NCBI GenBank assembly: GCA_000320545.1
Contig: ADNK01000555.1
Location: 1-64,000, forward strand
Direction: 5' to 3'
From: Bigelowiella natans CCMP2755
Lineage: Eukaryota > Protista > Cercozoa
DNA length: 64,000 nucleotides
Part shown: in pieces, positions 31,001 through 44,221 of the stretch
Position numbering within the stretch: the stretch's first letter is position 1
Layout: every line of letters starts with the position of its first letter
Notes under the pieces: generated by a model
What the model was told of the DNA's origin: nothing
Databases searched by the model: none
What the model saw: only the letters and a program-made list of their open reading frames with translations
Made by a program: the position numbers and the translations under genes

Positions 31001-34000
31001 ATTTTGAACCTCTCCATTTTCCACCGAGCAGGAATGCCTTTTGGAGACGCAACAGGGCTCAAAGAAATCGTATTACCCCTAGGCTTTAGGTACTTAAACA
31101 CGCTGATGGCAAAGAGTCCGATGGTACTGCCGATTCTCAGAGGAACAGAGGGCGGCCCCGGAACGACGACTTCTTTCGAATTCTCCCATTTTGGTGTCAT
31201 TATGCATTGCTCCATCGACAGCACATCCAGGATTTTACGAGATCCCTTAGGGTAGTCGTGAAGTCCTAGGCACTCCTTTTTGTACTGCTTTCGGCCCTCA
31301 ACTGGTGGAAGTGACATCTGCAGAGCGGTTGTCCCATCCAACGTAATGCGCCAACCAAAGTCTCCAGGAACTCTGTCGCTTACGCGCTCATGGATCCTGT
31401 TTGATCTGAAGCTATACTCAATCCACTTGGGGCGACTCTCATGCTGGAGCTGGAAGACGCCAAAGCTACGGTATTCCATAAACATCAACTCCTCCATCAC
31501 AGCGTTCTGCATCTCCACCGCCTTGGTTGATGGGTCGAAGATCATCACACACCCTGAGCATTGCATGTTTGTCAGTCCAATAGCCCCGGTGGTGTCAATC
31601 CACTCCCCGTCCATACAAACGATTGAATCTCCAGCACCTTTGGCCTTGATCAGAGAGTATCGCCCCTCAAGGCATGAAACTGTCAGCTGTGTGCCGTGGG
31701 GAAGGGTCGGTGGCATTACCATCTTCTCATCCTGCGTATCCACGTTCATATACGTGCAGGGAGCGCACATCTCAATCTTTGAATCAGCTAGGAGCCGGTT
31801 GACATCGCACTGAATGGCCAGATCCTCCCACTCGCATTTTCCGTAGGGAGAGTCCATTCCGGTTATGTATGCTCGGCGTTTTGTCTCTTCCCAGCATTTT
31901 TGTGGGTTGGCGATGTGGCAGAGACGGGTTTGTCCCTTTTGCTTCGGTTTCGCGTACATGTTCACGGTCACTTCTGTGCCAAAGACGCGCACCATATTCT
32001 TGCAGTCCGAATACAGAACACATGCGCTTCCGTCTTCTGTTTCCAAGAATCCGAAAAAGTTACACCTCGGATCATCGCCGCAGTCAGTGGCGCAAGAGTC
32101 TCCATCTTTGAACGACTGCGACAGCAGAAACCTCGTGTCACAGACATGTGGGGCAGTCCAGAGGTGGTGCCTATCGATCAAGAGGCGATTGAAGGACGCC
32201 CCTGAGGTCATGGCTCCCTTTGAAGCGGCCTCAAATGCGCTATCGTCCACTGGGTAGTTCTTACCCCAGGGCTCAAAGAAACATTCACAAGGGTGAAGAT
32301 GATAGTCATTCTCTATCTCAGTGTTGGGGTCATCAAAGACGAAAACCGCCTTTTTGATGTTCTCATCCTCCGACCCAGAAGTGTCCGTGATCAATCCAGT
32401 CGCGGCTTCCCTGTCAATTTCTTGTTTCTTCTCCTTTCCTTCCTCGCCGTTTTCTTCCTTCTCGCTGGAATCGTCCTCGTCGGGATCTTCGAATTCAATT
32501 GGGAGGTTGCATCCGCGACCCACGGGATAAATAACTGCCTTGCTCTTACCGACCACGTTCTTTATAGAAGATTCGGAGTCCGCGTACGGCACTTGGTCAT
32601 AGAGAAACCTACCTCCTACCATGGCCGTTGGAGCCCCGGTAGCAGGAGACTTTTTTGCGGTAGCGCTGCCCGATTTTGTTGATGAGAGTGCTGCTGCCGC
32701 CATTTTGTCCTTGTCCATGTAAAAGGCCTCTTTGTCGGCAAGGCTTTTAGCAGAGGTACGGTTGTTAGCCAGATTAGGTTGTGGCCCGTTAGTCGCGTTG
32801 CTAGAGGAAGAAGAAAGGTACACGTGCGTAGCTGAAGAGCTCACTGCAAGAAGAGAGACTTCAGAATCTGGGCCCAGGTTGATAGGGGTCGTGAGACATG
32901 CTTCGATGCCGCCGTGCGTCTCAACGTAGCTCTTCTCGATGTTGATGATATCGTCACCCTTCGAGCTCGCCTTTCGAATGACCCAGTCGGTGTTCGCCAC
33001 AGTACATCCAGAAGGTAATTTGGCCGTTGTGGATTTATCGAATTGCTGAAGATAAAAGGTGTACTCCTCGTGCTGCTTAGGCTTGACATAGATCGGTTGT
33101 GGAATAGCCTTTTCACTATGCACCACTGGGCAATATAATCCCGAGATGTACGCTTGGTTTGCAACGTCCACATACACGCACGTCTGGTGCAGCTGGCAGT
33201 TATCAATCTTGAGCTCAGAGGTTTTTGGAAGATCCTCAGCCGCCCAGGGTAGGAGGCCTTTATTACGAGAAAGCACGATTTCGGAGCACCGTTTCGTCTT
33301 TTTGTTGAAGCTATATCCTGGACAGGCCTTGTTCTTTAAGCATTTAAGCTTACAGGCGATGACGTCTTTCTCAGTAGAAGACTCTTGGCTTCGAACGGAG
33401 GTAATATAGTCTCCATACTGAAGTCCTGGTGCACGCACCCAACAGTGATCATCGTCAATTTGCACGACTAAGGGATGGGTGCTTTTCTCCAACCGGACTT
33501 GAGGCAGATAGGAAGCAGACTCAATCCCAACGTACACTTCACATCGTAACGTAATGGATGCCCGCCCTCGAGTCGAAGGCATGAACTCACGGAGCCCGAC
33601 GTGTGGCGATCCGGAGATCTTTCCTGTGATTGGGTGAACATTGATGACAGGTAGGCCATGGATATTGACGTTTCCTGTCGCCATATCGTACTCCACAGGC
33701 AGCTGGTTAGTGCTGCTGCAGTCCAAGTTAACGGAGAACTGTCCCTCGATGTCCTTGACCTTGTTCGTGCTGTACTCAACTCTGTCCAGAGCGCCTAGCT
33801 TGACGGGTACGACGATTGGCTGACCAACTGTGACGCGGATCGAGGCGGATGGCTCAAACGTAATCGTTTGTGGCTTGGATGGTGGGTAAGCGAAAACAGA
33901 CACCTGCAAAGAGTGTTTTTGCAGCCCTGAAACTGCGGTGACGTAACAGCTGCTACGCATAACAGTTTCATGACCCGAGGGTGTCGTAAGGTTATTTGTG

Positions 34001-36188
34001 AACATCATCCCCTTGTATCGTTCGAAGAGGTCAGCGTAGTCCTTGGCCGTCGAGGTATCCTTCAGGTAGATAATCCCCGTCTTCTCGTCAATCGCTACAA
34101 AGCTCTTTGGCGCGCATGTCATCGAGTATTTGTAATTAGCAGCTTTTGACGGCGCCCAAACAGGTTGGAATTCCCGAGAGAAGCTGTATTCGTCGAAAGT
34201 GACTGCCGATCCAATGCCTTTATGGGGAGGGGGTGATTCGCAAATTAAGTACAACCACACGTATCTAAAGTAATGGTACAGACATGTACAGACATACAGA
34301 ACGTGATTGTAGAAGACAAAAGGAAAGAGGTTGTATATGTTTTCTTCTACCATAGCTTGGGTTGTCAGTCGAAGAGTAGCCAAACGAGTGAATAGTGATC
34401 TCAATCGTGTGATTGGTATCGATGTACTTTGGATTCAACTTATTCGACTCTGAAACTGATGGATTCCGTGCGGTAACCGTGCATTTTACAGCGAAGGGTT
34501 CATCGTGCATTGGGGTTCCAGAGATTACACCGGTGTTTCCTAAGGTATTAAGAAGATACGGTAGTAACTGAAGCAATTATGATAACAATGACAGAACAGT
34601 AATCGTAAAAATTACTAATAATATAGACTAGTCTACCACACAATCCTAACAAATTACCGTCCATGGTGAGATTGAATTTGGCCAGTTCACAGTCTTTCGA
34701 GAGAATATACGACTTTGCAGTGCGAGGAACCTATAATTTCAGAATATCGATTGATGCAGCGAGTAGTGAATGCTGAATACTGAATCGAAAAGCTACCCCC
34801 ATTCTATACTTTACGTGGAAACGCTTTAGGAGTCATGATTAGTTGTTGATTGTAAAAGAGTCACACTTACCGGCACCGCCTTAAACTCAGAACCTACTAA
34901 GCCCATACCATTCGTACGCTCCATGTAATACCTGTAAAATTGCCAAATTTGAATAGAAAATCGCCATAAATACATAAGCCTTCTAAGAGAGGTCGATCAT
35001 CATTACTCGAAAGGAGTTCCGGAGTGAAGTCCTCCACCGCAGGCGCAGCAGGCCTCTGCAGGAGAAAGCCCCTTGTATCTTGATATAGAAACAACACATA
35101 GACACCCAAAACAGTTCACTTGTAAGATGGAATATTCAAAGGAGCACTAGGTGAAATAATCGGGAAAACCAGAGGCTAACTACGGAGCACCATTTCGATA
35201 TAATTCGTTCTTCAGTACAGTTTTACAACACGGGTTGGATATAAATCTAGATAACTTATCTATACTTATAATCAGCTAAAGATTCTTTTCCAGGGGCTGG
35301 TCTTCCACCATAGCACCATCCTCTGAGCGCATAAGTTGCGCACGAATGACCGTCTTTGTCCAGGAACCGTCTGTCATTCTTGCACTTGATGCACCTCTGA
35401 TCGATCATCTGGTATCCGCCGAAACACTTGTTACATCCACCGTTGCCGTACTCCTCGCAGCCACTATGAATGATTGAACAAGAAGGGTATATCAAGTGGG
35501 TATCTCAAAATTTTCCATTCGAAATATTTCTCTGAAACTATTTTTTACCGCACCTGCAGGCAAGAGAAGATTCTTCCTTATCGAATTCGTTCGGACAGCA
35601 TGTTTGATGCACCTTCTTGCCAACAAAGGAAAAAATGGTGCTCTCAGAGCCGGACTTACATGTGCAGGGACCTTCAGTCTGTGTCGTATCGCAATAGTAT
35701 GACACAGCTGATGCCTCGCCTCCTTCAGCTGTCAAAACGTGGAAGCCTGTGGATGTGGTAAGAGATTATGAGTTGCAGGGATAGCACCAAGAATATTCTT
35801 TATCAAATCAGAACAGATGTGTCTGGGTGTGTATGTCTTTGTGTGTGATTTCTTGTCGGTATAACGACGACAGAGAGTACATTGAAGTGTGATGCTGTGA
35901 CTTTCAGCATAAAAACTTACCAGGAAAGTTAGGACCATCTGCTGGGCAGGTTTCAAATACTCTCTTCTGATGATGCTTCTTGGATACGGCGCTAGAGCCA
36001 TGCGGATTCGCTCTCAGTGGCTGAGATACCGAAATCACAGAATCTATCGCAGACTCCATCGCAGTTTCATTTTGATGTGGCTTCAACGCAGATTGCTTCT
36101 GAAACCAGTGCGCATCAATCGTGGGCACACCCAAAAGAATAGAAGCCAGAAGGGCCAAGCCCCTAGCCGGCTCCCGAACTGAACGCAT
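22485..36188 (-). CDS. Giant secreted multidomain protein (about 28 exons, roughly 3,200 aa)
   Basis: Signal peptide MRSVREPARGLALLASILLGVPTIDA. Phase-compatible GT-AG junctions I checked include 35921/35746, 35554/35463, 30853/30572 (FK|VMPG), 30375/30226 (TE|EIYE) and 27091/26922 (CKSGM|LHSNK, donor GTAAGT); most of the remaining junctions down to 22485 also fit in phase. Modules: Cys-rich, 'C..Y...GWC...ACCACGGG', He_PIG/Ig-like (MDGNTGVISGTP; IHPITGKISGSP), PAN/apple-like, sushi-like, beta-trefoil-like, acidic spacer, three novel repeats, helical C-terminus. Confidence 0.8.
27944..28020. repeat. Intronic tandem repeat of about 26 bp x3, followed by (CA)n(GA)n
   Basis: ggtcctctcctctctctccccctcct repeated three times in an intron of the giant gene. 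Confidence 0.85.
29998..30075 (-). repeat. 36-bp coding tandem duplication in the giant gene (AAALTESEDSSE / AAALIESEDSSE)
   Basis: cggcctcagaagagtcctc occurs twice, 36 nt apart. Confidence 0.85.
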
Positions 36189-36675
36189 GAAAGGTTGGGG
36201 CCGCAGACGTTTGATATTTGATCCATTTGAGTCCGTTGGTGCAGGCCCTGATCAGTGATCAATGTAACGCACAACGTGTTTTCATGTCGCTCTATGATAA
36301 CGTCTTCATATTTCGTCCATGAACGTCATAACCTCTTTGTCGTTCTGTGTGAAAAGCTGAATTTTCGGAGGGAACGGGTTTGGTTTTCCGCTCGGCGGAA
36401 CCGGTAAACACATTTAATTTTTCGCAACTGTTCCCTGATATCCCGTTGGTATTCCAGGTAGATCTATTCCATCGTTGTGAGGATGGGTACCTGCAAACGC
36501 CGCCGCAGCCACTGTGTGTTTTTGAAGGGATGTCGCACAGCATAAATTGAGGTGTTATTTCTCAATAAATATTAAATACAAAAATACCGGTACATCTTCG
36601 TGTTGTACGAGTACTGGCTACTGGATTTTTCCTGGAGTGTGTTGTGGTCTTTTTTCCTGACGTCTCTCCGCCGAG

Positions 36676-37144
36676 ATGGATGTTGGACCTGTGCTCTCGG
36701 CTACACTCCGAAGCGTTCTTCCATGGTATATTCTCTGGCTGGTCGACCACACTGTGGTTTTCTTTGTCCTCCTCGCGATCTCCGCGATGGTAGCAGTGCG
36801 CTTTTTAGCCAGCTATGCCAGTATGATGTACAGGGTGTTGGGGCTAGGAATCACCGTGGGGTTCATCGTAGCACATGTAGGAGCGATGTCGACGGCCTGG
36901 TTTGCGCTCGGTAAGGATGCAGGGGTTGTTCAGGTGGTAGGGACTCTCATAAAAGCGGCTACCCTGCCTACTCGACTATCTATACAAGTGATACTATCTC
37001 CATTCAGTTCAATTATTAGCACAGCAAGGTAATCATGAGAGATGTGTGGTGGTGAGAACGATGACGACAACGCCGAAAACGGCTGCGAATGAAAGCTTTT
37101 ATATGATAAAGTAGACACATGAGTATGCACATACTCATAGCTTT

Positions 37145-37182
<38 letters not shown>

Positions 37183-37497
37183 AACCTTCGCGCTTCCCTT
37201 TCTGCTCGATTCAGAACTGTCGCGGGAATAGTTGCTAGCCCTATGCTGAAGATTATTCATGTGCAATGGCACCTATTGTTGGGTGTAGCACACGCACTTC
37301 TACGGGAAACAATTCTGGGCTTTAGTATGACTGTGGTGCTCCTTTACTATCATTGCAAGGCAAGATTTGTCCATAATGCTTGCATCATGTTTCGAATTCT
37401 ATATTTGATGGCCTCCGTATGTTTGTGTGGTTTTTCCTAAAGTAACGACGTGTGTTTCGCTTGAAACTGTGCACCATATACCATTGTGCCAAGCCCG

Positions 37498-37584
<87 letters not shown>

Positions 37585-38363
37585 ATGTGGGTGAAATAAA
37601 ACTGTGTCACCACTGCTACATACAAGAGCGCAACTCACTGTCAACTTTCATCACGTGCAGTCCTCTAGAGCGGCACCTTTAGTTCTAGCAGTATGCGCTG
37701 AGATCGAGAATGGGGGTGAGTTACACACACACACACACTTCGAGACCATAAGTATTATCTATTTATCGCGTAATGTTTTGAATTTGTATTCCAACTCTCT
37801 AATTTCTGATTTTAAGTCGAACTGAAATTATTTTTGCATGATTAAGAGGATGTACTCGCATATTTGCGATAAATTACTTAGTCACCTCCAAGAAGTCATC
37901 CTCGATACAATATTCCTCCCCGAAATCTCGAATAAACTCTAGTGGCGCCGCAATAAAGGGGAACCAAAAGCCCAATGTACAAAAGATGTCAGCCGAATCT
38001 AAGGGGCAGCCAAGACCGCATTTATCAAGTGGAAATAAGAGGACGACGACAAACACCGCAATACTTCCAAAAACCTTTATAAGCTTGATTCCCAAAATTC
38101 TCCCGGGCTTCGTTCTCACTTTGATAAGGATTGTTACCTCATTCATTAGAATAATAAGCACGCCATTATCATCACCACCTTCTCCAACTCATCATAGACT
38201 GTCTTTGCTATCGTTCAAGGGCTCATCAGCATCCTATCCGATTGAATCTTGTCATTGCCACAATACTTGCCCTTGCTCTGCATCCTATTCGGGATTTTGT
38301 CATACTTGGACTTGTACTAAGGTTTTTGGGTTTGGAGCTTTTTGTTGCCGTTGTGGATCATAA
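36676..38363 (+). CDS. Hypothetical multi-pass membrane protein
   Basis: The first exon MDVGPV...VVFFVLLAISAMVAVRFL...VLGLGITVGFIVAHVGAMSTAWFALG has 2-3 hydrophobic segments. Further plausible exons lie at about 37210-37360, 37645-37715 (GTGAGT donor) and 37880 onward. Exon joining is not fully resolved. Confidence 0.45.
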
Positions 38364-38419
38364 TAAAATGATATAGATGACTATTTAGTGTAGAGATCAA
38401 GATTGTATGTATTAATCGA

Positions 38420-39311
38420 CATCAAATGTGGCGATGGCATGCTGAGCTACACTGTGGCTGTAGTATCTAAGCGAGCAAAGGCACGAAATATGGGCGCGCT
38501 GAATGCATCGTTGCCTCGCAATTTTGCAAATTGATCGAGTCGCGCTTATTGACTGCAGAAATGTCCCAGCAACTGTGGCTCATGCCACGCCCGATGCATC
38601 CATCACATACCATGTGCATACGGCTTGTGTCGTCTAGGGTCTACTAGTCTAATCTACAACAATGAATACAGTGACATGCAACACATCAACTATTTTGCCA
38701 CTGCTAGACTGTGCAGCATCATGCTAGCATGCACGTCTTTCAAACCATCGATGATCTCAGATTTCATCACACACCGGGTAGCACAATGAGCAATCATATC
38801 ACATCCATGTTTTTCTTCTAGCTAGTTCTGGACGGCACACCATGCAGGTACAACTAAGACAACTTCACGTTCGCAGTTGCACACACGCCACACATGCCAC
38901 TGATCACCGCAACCATTTGTGCGCGAATGCTCGAAGCTTCCAAAATGCCCATATTCACCACGTGATGCTCACTGTCACAATCAAGTGCTACAATTGTTGC
39001 TATTTGTTGATCATTGTCGACTCAAACAACACGAAGCGAAATCACCCATGCTAGCATGCAATCGTGAGCGATGAGAATTTGCAATTGACGACCCCACGTG
39101 CGAAGTGTTTGCTGCTGTGCACACATGCTGCCGTCATTGTCACGACACACACTAGACACACCAGATGATGTCGTGCATTGCCACCTTGTCACGATCAACG
39201 TGCAGCAAGTGAAATCACGTCAGTCCAACTGTGTGCATCACAACAATGCGAAGTCTGCATGAGGGTAGGGTTCACCACTTTTTGCCCATGACTTGCATGC
39301 ACGGTGACACA

Positions 39312-39350
<39 letters not shown>

Positions 39351-39790
39351 CACAGACCAACACACGTGACATCCATCACACACACACGCCTAGACGCGCC
39401 CGCGCGCGCGAGGGAGCGTGCACGTGTGGGTGCACTGACATGGTCGCGTTCATCAATTGCACTCCCTCCCAGCTCTGGAGACAGCACAGCTCTGTTGATT
39501 GCCTTGGCGATGCAACTTCTTCGTTCATCATGCAGAGCAAAAAACAATGGGAAAATTGGAAACGGGTTGCAATGCACGGCATCGCCAACTGATGATTGAC
39601 ACCACACAATTGTCTCACTTGAAGGCAAAAAAGAAGAGCTTGTCCAAAGCTTGCAATTGGCAAGAAAGAAGTTCCTCGTCTTGGAACGCAGCACCCCATC
39701 GAATCGCATGGTTCAGGATCAGCGATCCTGCTGCTGTTCACTGCTCCTTCAGTTCGCGCCGGGATTTGCATTTTGAGCGAACCTCATGCT
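38420..39790. other. CTAG/CATG/TGCA-rich spacer 5 (after the membrane-protein gene)
   Basis: For example gcagcatcatgctagcatgcacg and ccatgctagcatgcaatcg. It is the longest such block and contains a (CA)n tract and a residual CG-rich patch near 39390-39425. Confidence 0.65.
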
Positions 39791-40308
39791 AGCATGGGGT
39801 CAAAAGAGGAAACTAGGATTGCCAAATGGGGAAGAGCATGCACCTGTAGCAGTCCACCATGAGAGAATGATCCCTGTGCACACACCGTGAAGTGCAACGA
39901 GTTGCAAAACACAACCATTGAACATCGAACATTGAAAGAAGCATTGATCAACTAACTCACCCAGTCCATTTGAAATGTATTTCACTCTGGCAATTTTTTT
40001 ACGTTTTTCCTAGGATGAATAAAATACAATAATATTTGCCACAGATGATTGTTGTTTTGGTACTGTGGTGGTTGAAGCGGCATTTCGTGTTTTCAGTGGT
40101 TTCTTCTAGGTCAAAATTATGTTTATTATTCTCTTTTTTACATGGCTGACTACTCGTAATCAATCATCATTCGGAATCATCGGCACAATGGCTGCTTGCC
40201 TGAAGGACGACACAAGGAAATGATGTGTTAGTTTACTTCCGTCCCCCCCAATCCAAAATTATCTTTAGTTAAGGCTTTCAGGAAAATAGTGCCCCGCTTC
40301 TCGTTCCG

Positions 40309-42251
40309 ATGGTGACTATCATTCGGTGGGCGATGGGGTCTGCTTTTCTCTGGCTCATTACCGGCGTAGCTGCAGCACTCAACGAACATGATGCTGGAGG
40401 GCTCTCTTTGTCGCTAAAGCAATCGCTCAGGCTGCGTGGTGGGGGGCGCACGACTTACGTACGCCCCCTTCCGCACACGGGTCCAACTGTTGGGCTTGGG
40501 GGCGTTGATCCAAGCGACAATAGAGTGGTAGTTTTGGGATGAGAACAAAAATAATAGCAGAGATGTGCATTGCTTGACGAGAACTGTTGTGCAGTGCTGC
40601 TAAATTTCGCGTACCCTCCCATTCGCGTATGTACGCGCGCGTCAATGTTTGTGCATGTGCATGTTTATGTGTGAGTGTGTGGGTGTGTCGGTGTGTTTCC
40701 GAGAGGAAGGGTGGGGGGGGAGGAGCGGTAGATAGACTCCTCCAATGATACAACCGGGCTTCATTTCTTCTAATTAATCTTATAAATTACAGCTTGGGTC
40801 GGATATTTGGAGAGTGCGAAAGACTTTCATACGAGACAACATGAGAGAAACACGGTCTACCTAACATTGATGCAGAGTGCTTCCATCCTTGCCTCATAAA
40901 ACTTGTTTTTACTCATCCTATCTTGTTCAGCCCCCTCCCCGCAGTGAAAGTACTCTCCCTGCAGCTAGAAGAACCATGGTACATTGACGCTGATAAATAA
41001 ATCGTGCATCCAGTAACGATGATGTTGAGTTGCTGCTCTTTCCTCCACAGTTTATAAAAACGATATGTTGTTGATTCGTAACACACAGGGGGTTGGAGCT
41101 AGAGCCGAGAGAAAGCAGCTTGGGAGCGGTGATTCCTGTGGCTTATGTGATGTGATTGCTGTCACTGATAAGTGAAGTGAATCATAGAGAAAGGATTCCA
41201 CATGTAATGTGTTATATTCCCTGCGCAATTTTGTGTTGTTTAGATTGTGAAATCGATCGACCCAGCCGGCCAAGCCGCCAACTTCAAAAAGGTATAGAGT
41301 GGGGGTGTGGTTATGTATACTACATACATGCATTAATCGGTAATAATCTAAGAAGTTAGATGAAGTACAGTACTTAAGTAAAGAATCCACCCTAAAAGAA
41401 TTTATGGGTCACCAATCGCCAGCCCCCGCCTAAATACCTTTTCTTCTCCAGGTAAAAGTCGGTATGCATGTATTGTCAATAAATGGTGAGGATGTGAGGC
41501 TACGAGTGTGGACAAGCATCCAAAGGTTTCTTCAAGAAAAATAAACCCCATGATGTGTTTCTTTCGCGTCGAACAGACGATGATTATCATCGTAACGAAC
41601 ATGGCCATACGAATATCATTAGACACATTGACCGCTGCAAGGAGAAAGGTGGCGCTATTTCCTTTCAGCTGCTGGATCCGTCCTACGTCGCTGGTGGGGA
41701 AAAGGTCATCTCGCTGTCGTCGTCGTCTGTTACCAATTGTGTTTATTTGCATGGAACTATCGTGTAAGTATTATTCTTCAAAGTCATCGTCACCATCATC
41801 ACCATCATCAAAGCAGATAAGGTTGCGGATGCGAAGGCCTTTGGGACTTGAGTTGGCGGAGGACACAAACCCGCAGATAAACAACAAACTTGTCGGCACA
41901 AAGGTGGTGGTGGTGGTAGGCAATAGCAACAGCAGCAGTAGCAGTAGTGGTGTGTATAATTTAGTGTGTGCTTATCATTATCATATTTCTGAATATCCTT
42001 CTGGAGAGGAGAAACTCATGCAACGCATCTATATACGTCCCCTCGTTTCTCCATCTTCTCTTCCCTGTACCACCCCTCTGTTGATGCACGTACTGTGTGG
42101 TGGATGCTCTCTGATGTCAGGTCGCTAGGCTGGTGAGTGGCGGAAGTGCTCTTTCACAAGGTATCACAACGGCGCTAGGAAGAACGATAATACGATAACA
42201 ATGATAGTGATATTATCCTCAATTCAACTGGATGATGCGTTTTTTTGTTTG

Positions 42252-42288
<37 letters not shown>

Positions 42289-42419
42289 TCCTCGTCTTCA
42301 TTGTCGTGCTTCCTATTTGCTACCGTCAGGGCAAGTGCGGGTTGGGATGAGGATACTCTCTGTCAATAACATCACAGCAGATCGAGCGACACCTGCCGAT
42401 GTGACGTTAAACATAAATG

Positions 42420-42450
<31 letters not shown>

Positions 42451-42462
42451 TTCATTTATATA

Positions 42463-42498
<36 letters not shown>

Positions 42499-42765
42499 GA
42501 TGACCATTTGTCAATGTCCAGATACGTCTATTCTTACGAGAGGAATGCGGCAAAGATAACCAGAAGGCGTGTGCATATGTGACATCACAATGACGAAACT
42601 ATAGCTATTCTAAAGCATACACAGATTATTATAATATTCCCTTGGCACACACAGGTGGATATCGAGTTCAGTACACCGTTTTATGTTAAGGGAGAGACTT
42701 TGAATGTCTCGCTGCCAAAGGTAGTCGTCGTCATCTGATCTATTAGAAGGAAGAAGAAAGGAGTC

Positions 42766-42798
<33 letters not shown>

Positions 42799-42963
42799 TA
42801 ATGATGATGATGATGGTGATGATGATGATGATGATGGGAAGATCAAGGATAGAGGGAGAATGCTTCAGAACGAGATGATGCACTTTAGAATCAAACTTCA
42901 ACACAGCTATCAGTGACATACGCGCACACGTGCGCACACACCCACACACACAGGCGTAGAGAG

Positions 42964-43002
<39 letters not shown>

Positions 43003-43017
43003 CTTGTATATTGCACA

Positions 43018-43059
<42 letters not shown>

Positions 43060-43689
43060 ACCAATGTCGGCCTCTCTCTCTCTCTTTCTCTTCGCAGCCA
43101 CTTGGACTTGAGCTTGAGGAAGACAAGGCTACAGGGGAGGTGTGTGTAGATGTGTGTGTGGATGTGTGTGTGTGTGGACGTGTGTGTGGTTGCATTTTCT
43201 TTATCTCCCCTTACCTCTCCTTACCGCCAATCGGATAATTAATATAGGTTTTTGTACGCAAAGTCTTGAAGGAAGGTCAAGTCGCCATCAGCTTTCCTCC
43301 TTCCTTTCTTGTCCCCCTCCCCCCCCAACCGTGAAACGCGACGTGCCATCCCCTTCCCCCTTTTCGAATTATTGCGTGTTTGGTTTTTTGCTCGAAACGA
43401 ACATTAACGACGACCGATGGTAGGGTCAGCATGTGCGGTGGCAGGGAACGCCATCGTGCCTGGGATGCATATATGCTCTGTACAAGGCATCGACGTGCTA
43501 TTGAGAGGCGTGGCCACAGTCAAAGCGGTCTATTATATTAGTAGTGAGGGGGGGGGGGTGGGAGGAAGCATTCAACAGTTTCATTGTGAGGAATGATCTA
43601 CTCGCTGTACTAAGCTAGGGGGCGGGAAGCAGATAGATTATAAATGCTCGTTGGTTTGAAAAACAACTCGCTGCTGCGATGATGATGAC

Positions 43690-43723
<34 letters not shown>

Positions 43724-44190
43724 CGTTGAGCGTCTACGTCGTACGTGACGACGCGGATCGGCTAGCACTGCATACACACATCAATCGAATACATTACTGA
43801 CAAAGCTACTGCTGCTGCTGCTGCTGCAACTACTACTACTACTACAAATGCGACTATTTCTATCTAGATTCTGTCTTCTGTGCCGCCGAGCGAAAAGGTA
43901 CAGCTATGTTTGCAGATGTTGCGGCAAAATCCGGGCAGTAGTAGTAGCAGCACCAGCTCTTCATCACCAACCCAAGGGATGACGATGGGGTTTCTCGCCC
44001 CTCTCGAAAAGGCGCGCCCACTTCCAAGAATCTCGAAGGGAAGGCTTCTTGCCTTAAATCTATCAACACCATTAGGTTGTATCAGTAGTAGTAGCAGTAG
44101 TAGGTAGCGCAGCAGTGTAAGTTGAAGTGCTTTAGATTTCGCCAAAGGCAGCGGCAGTGGCAGTAGTAGTAGTAGTAGTAGTACAGTAGC

Positions 44191-44221
<31 letters not shown>

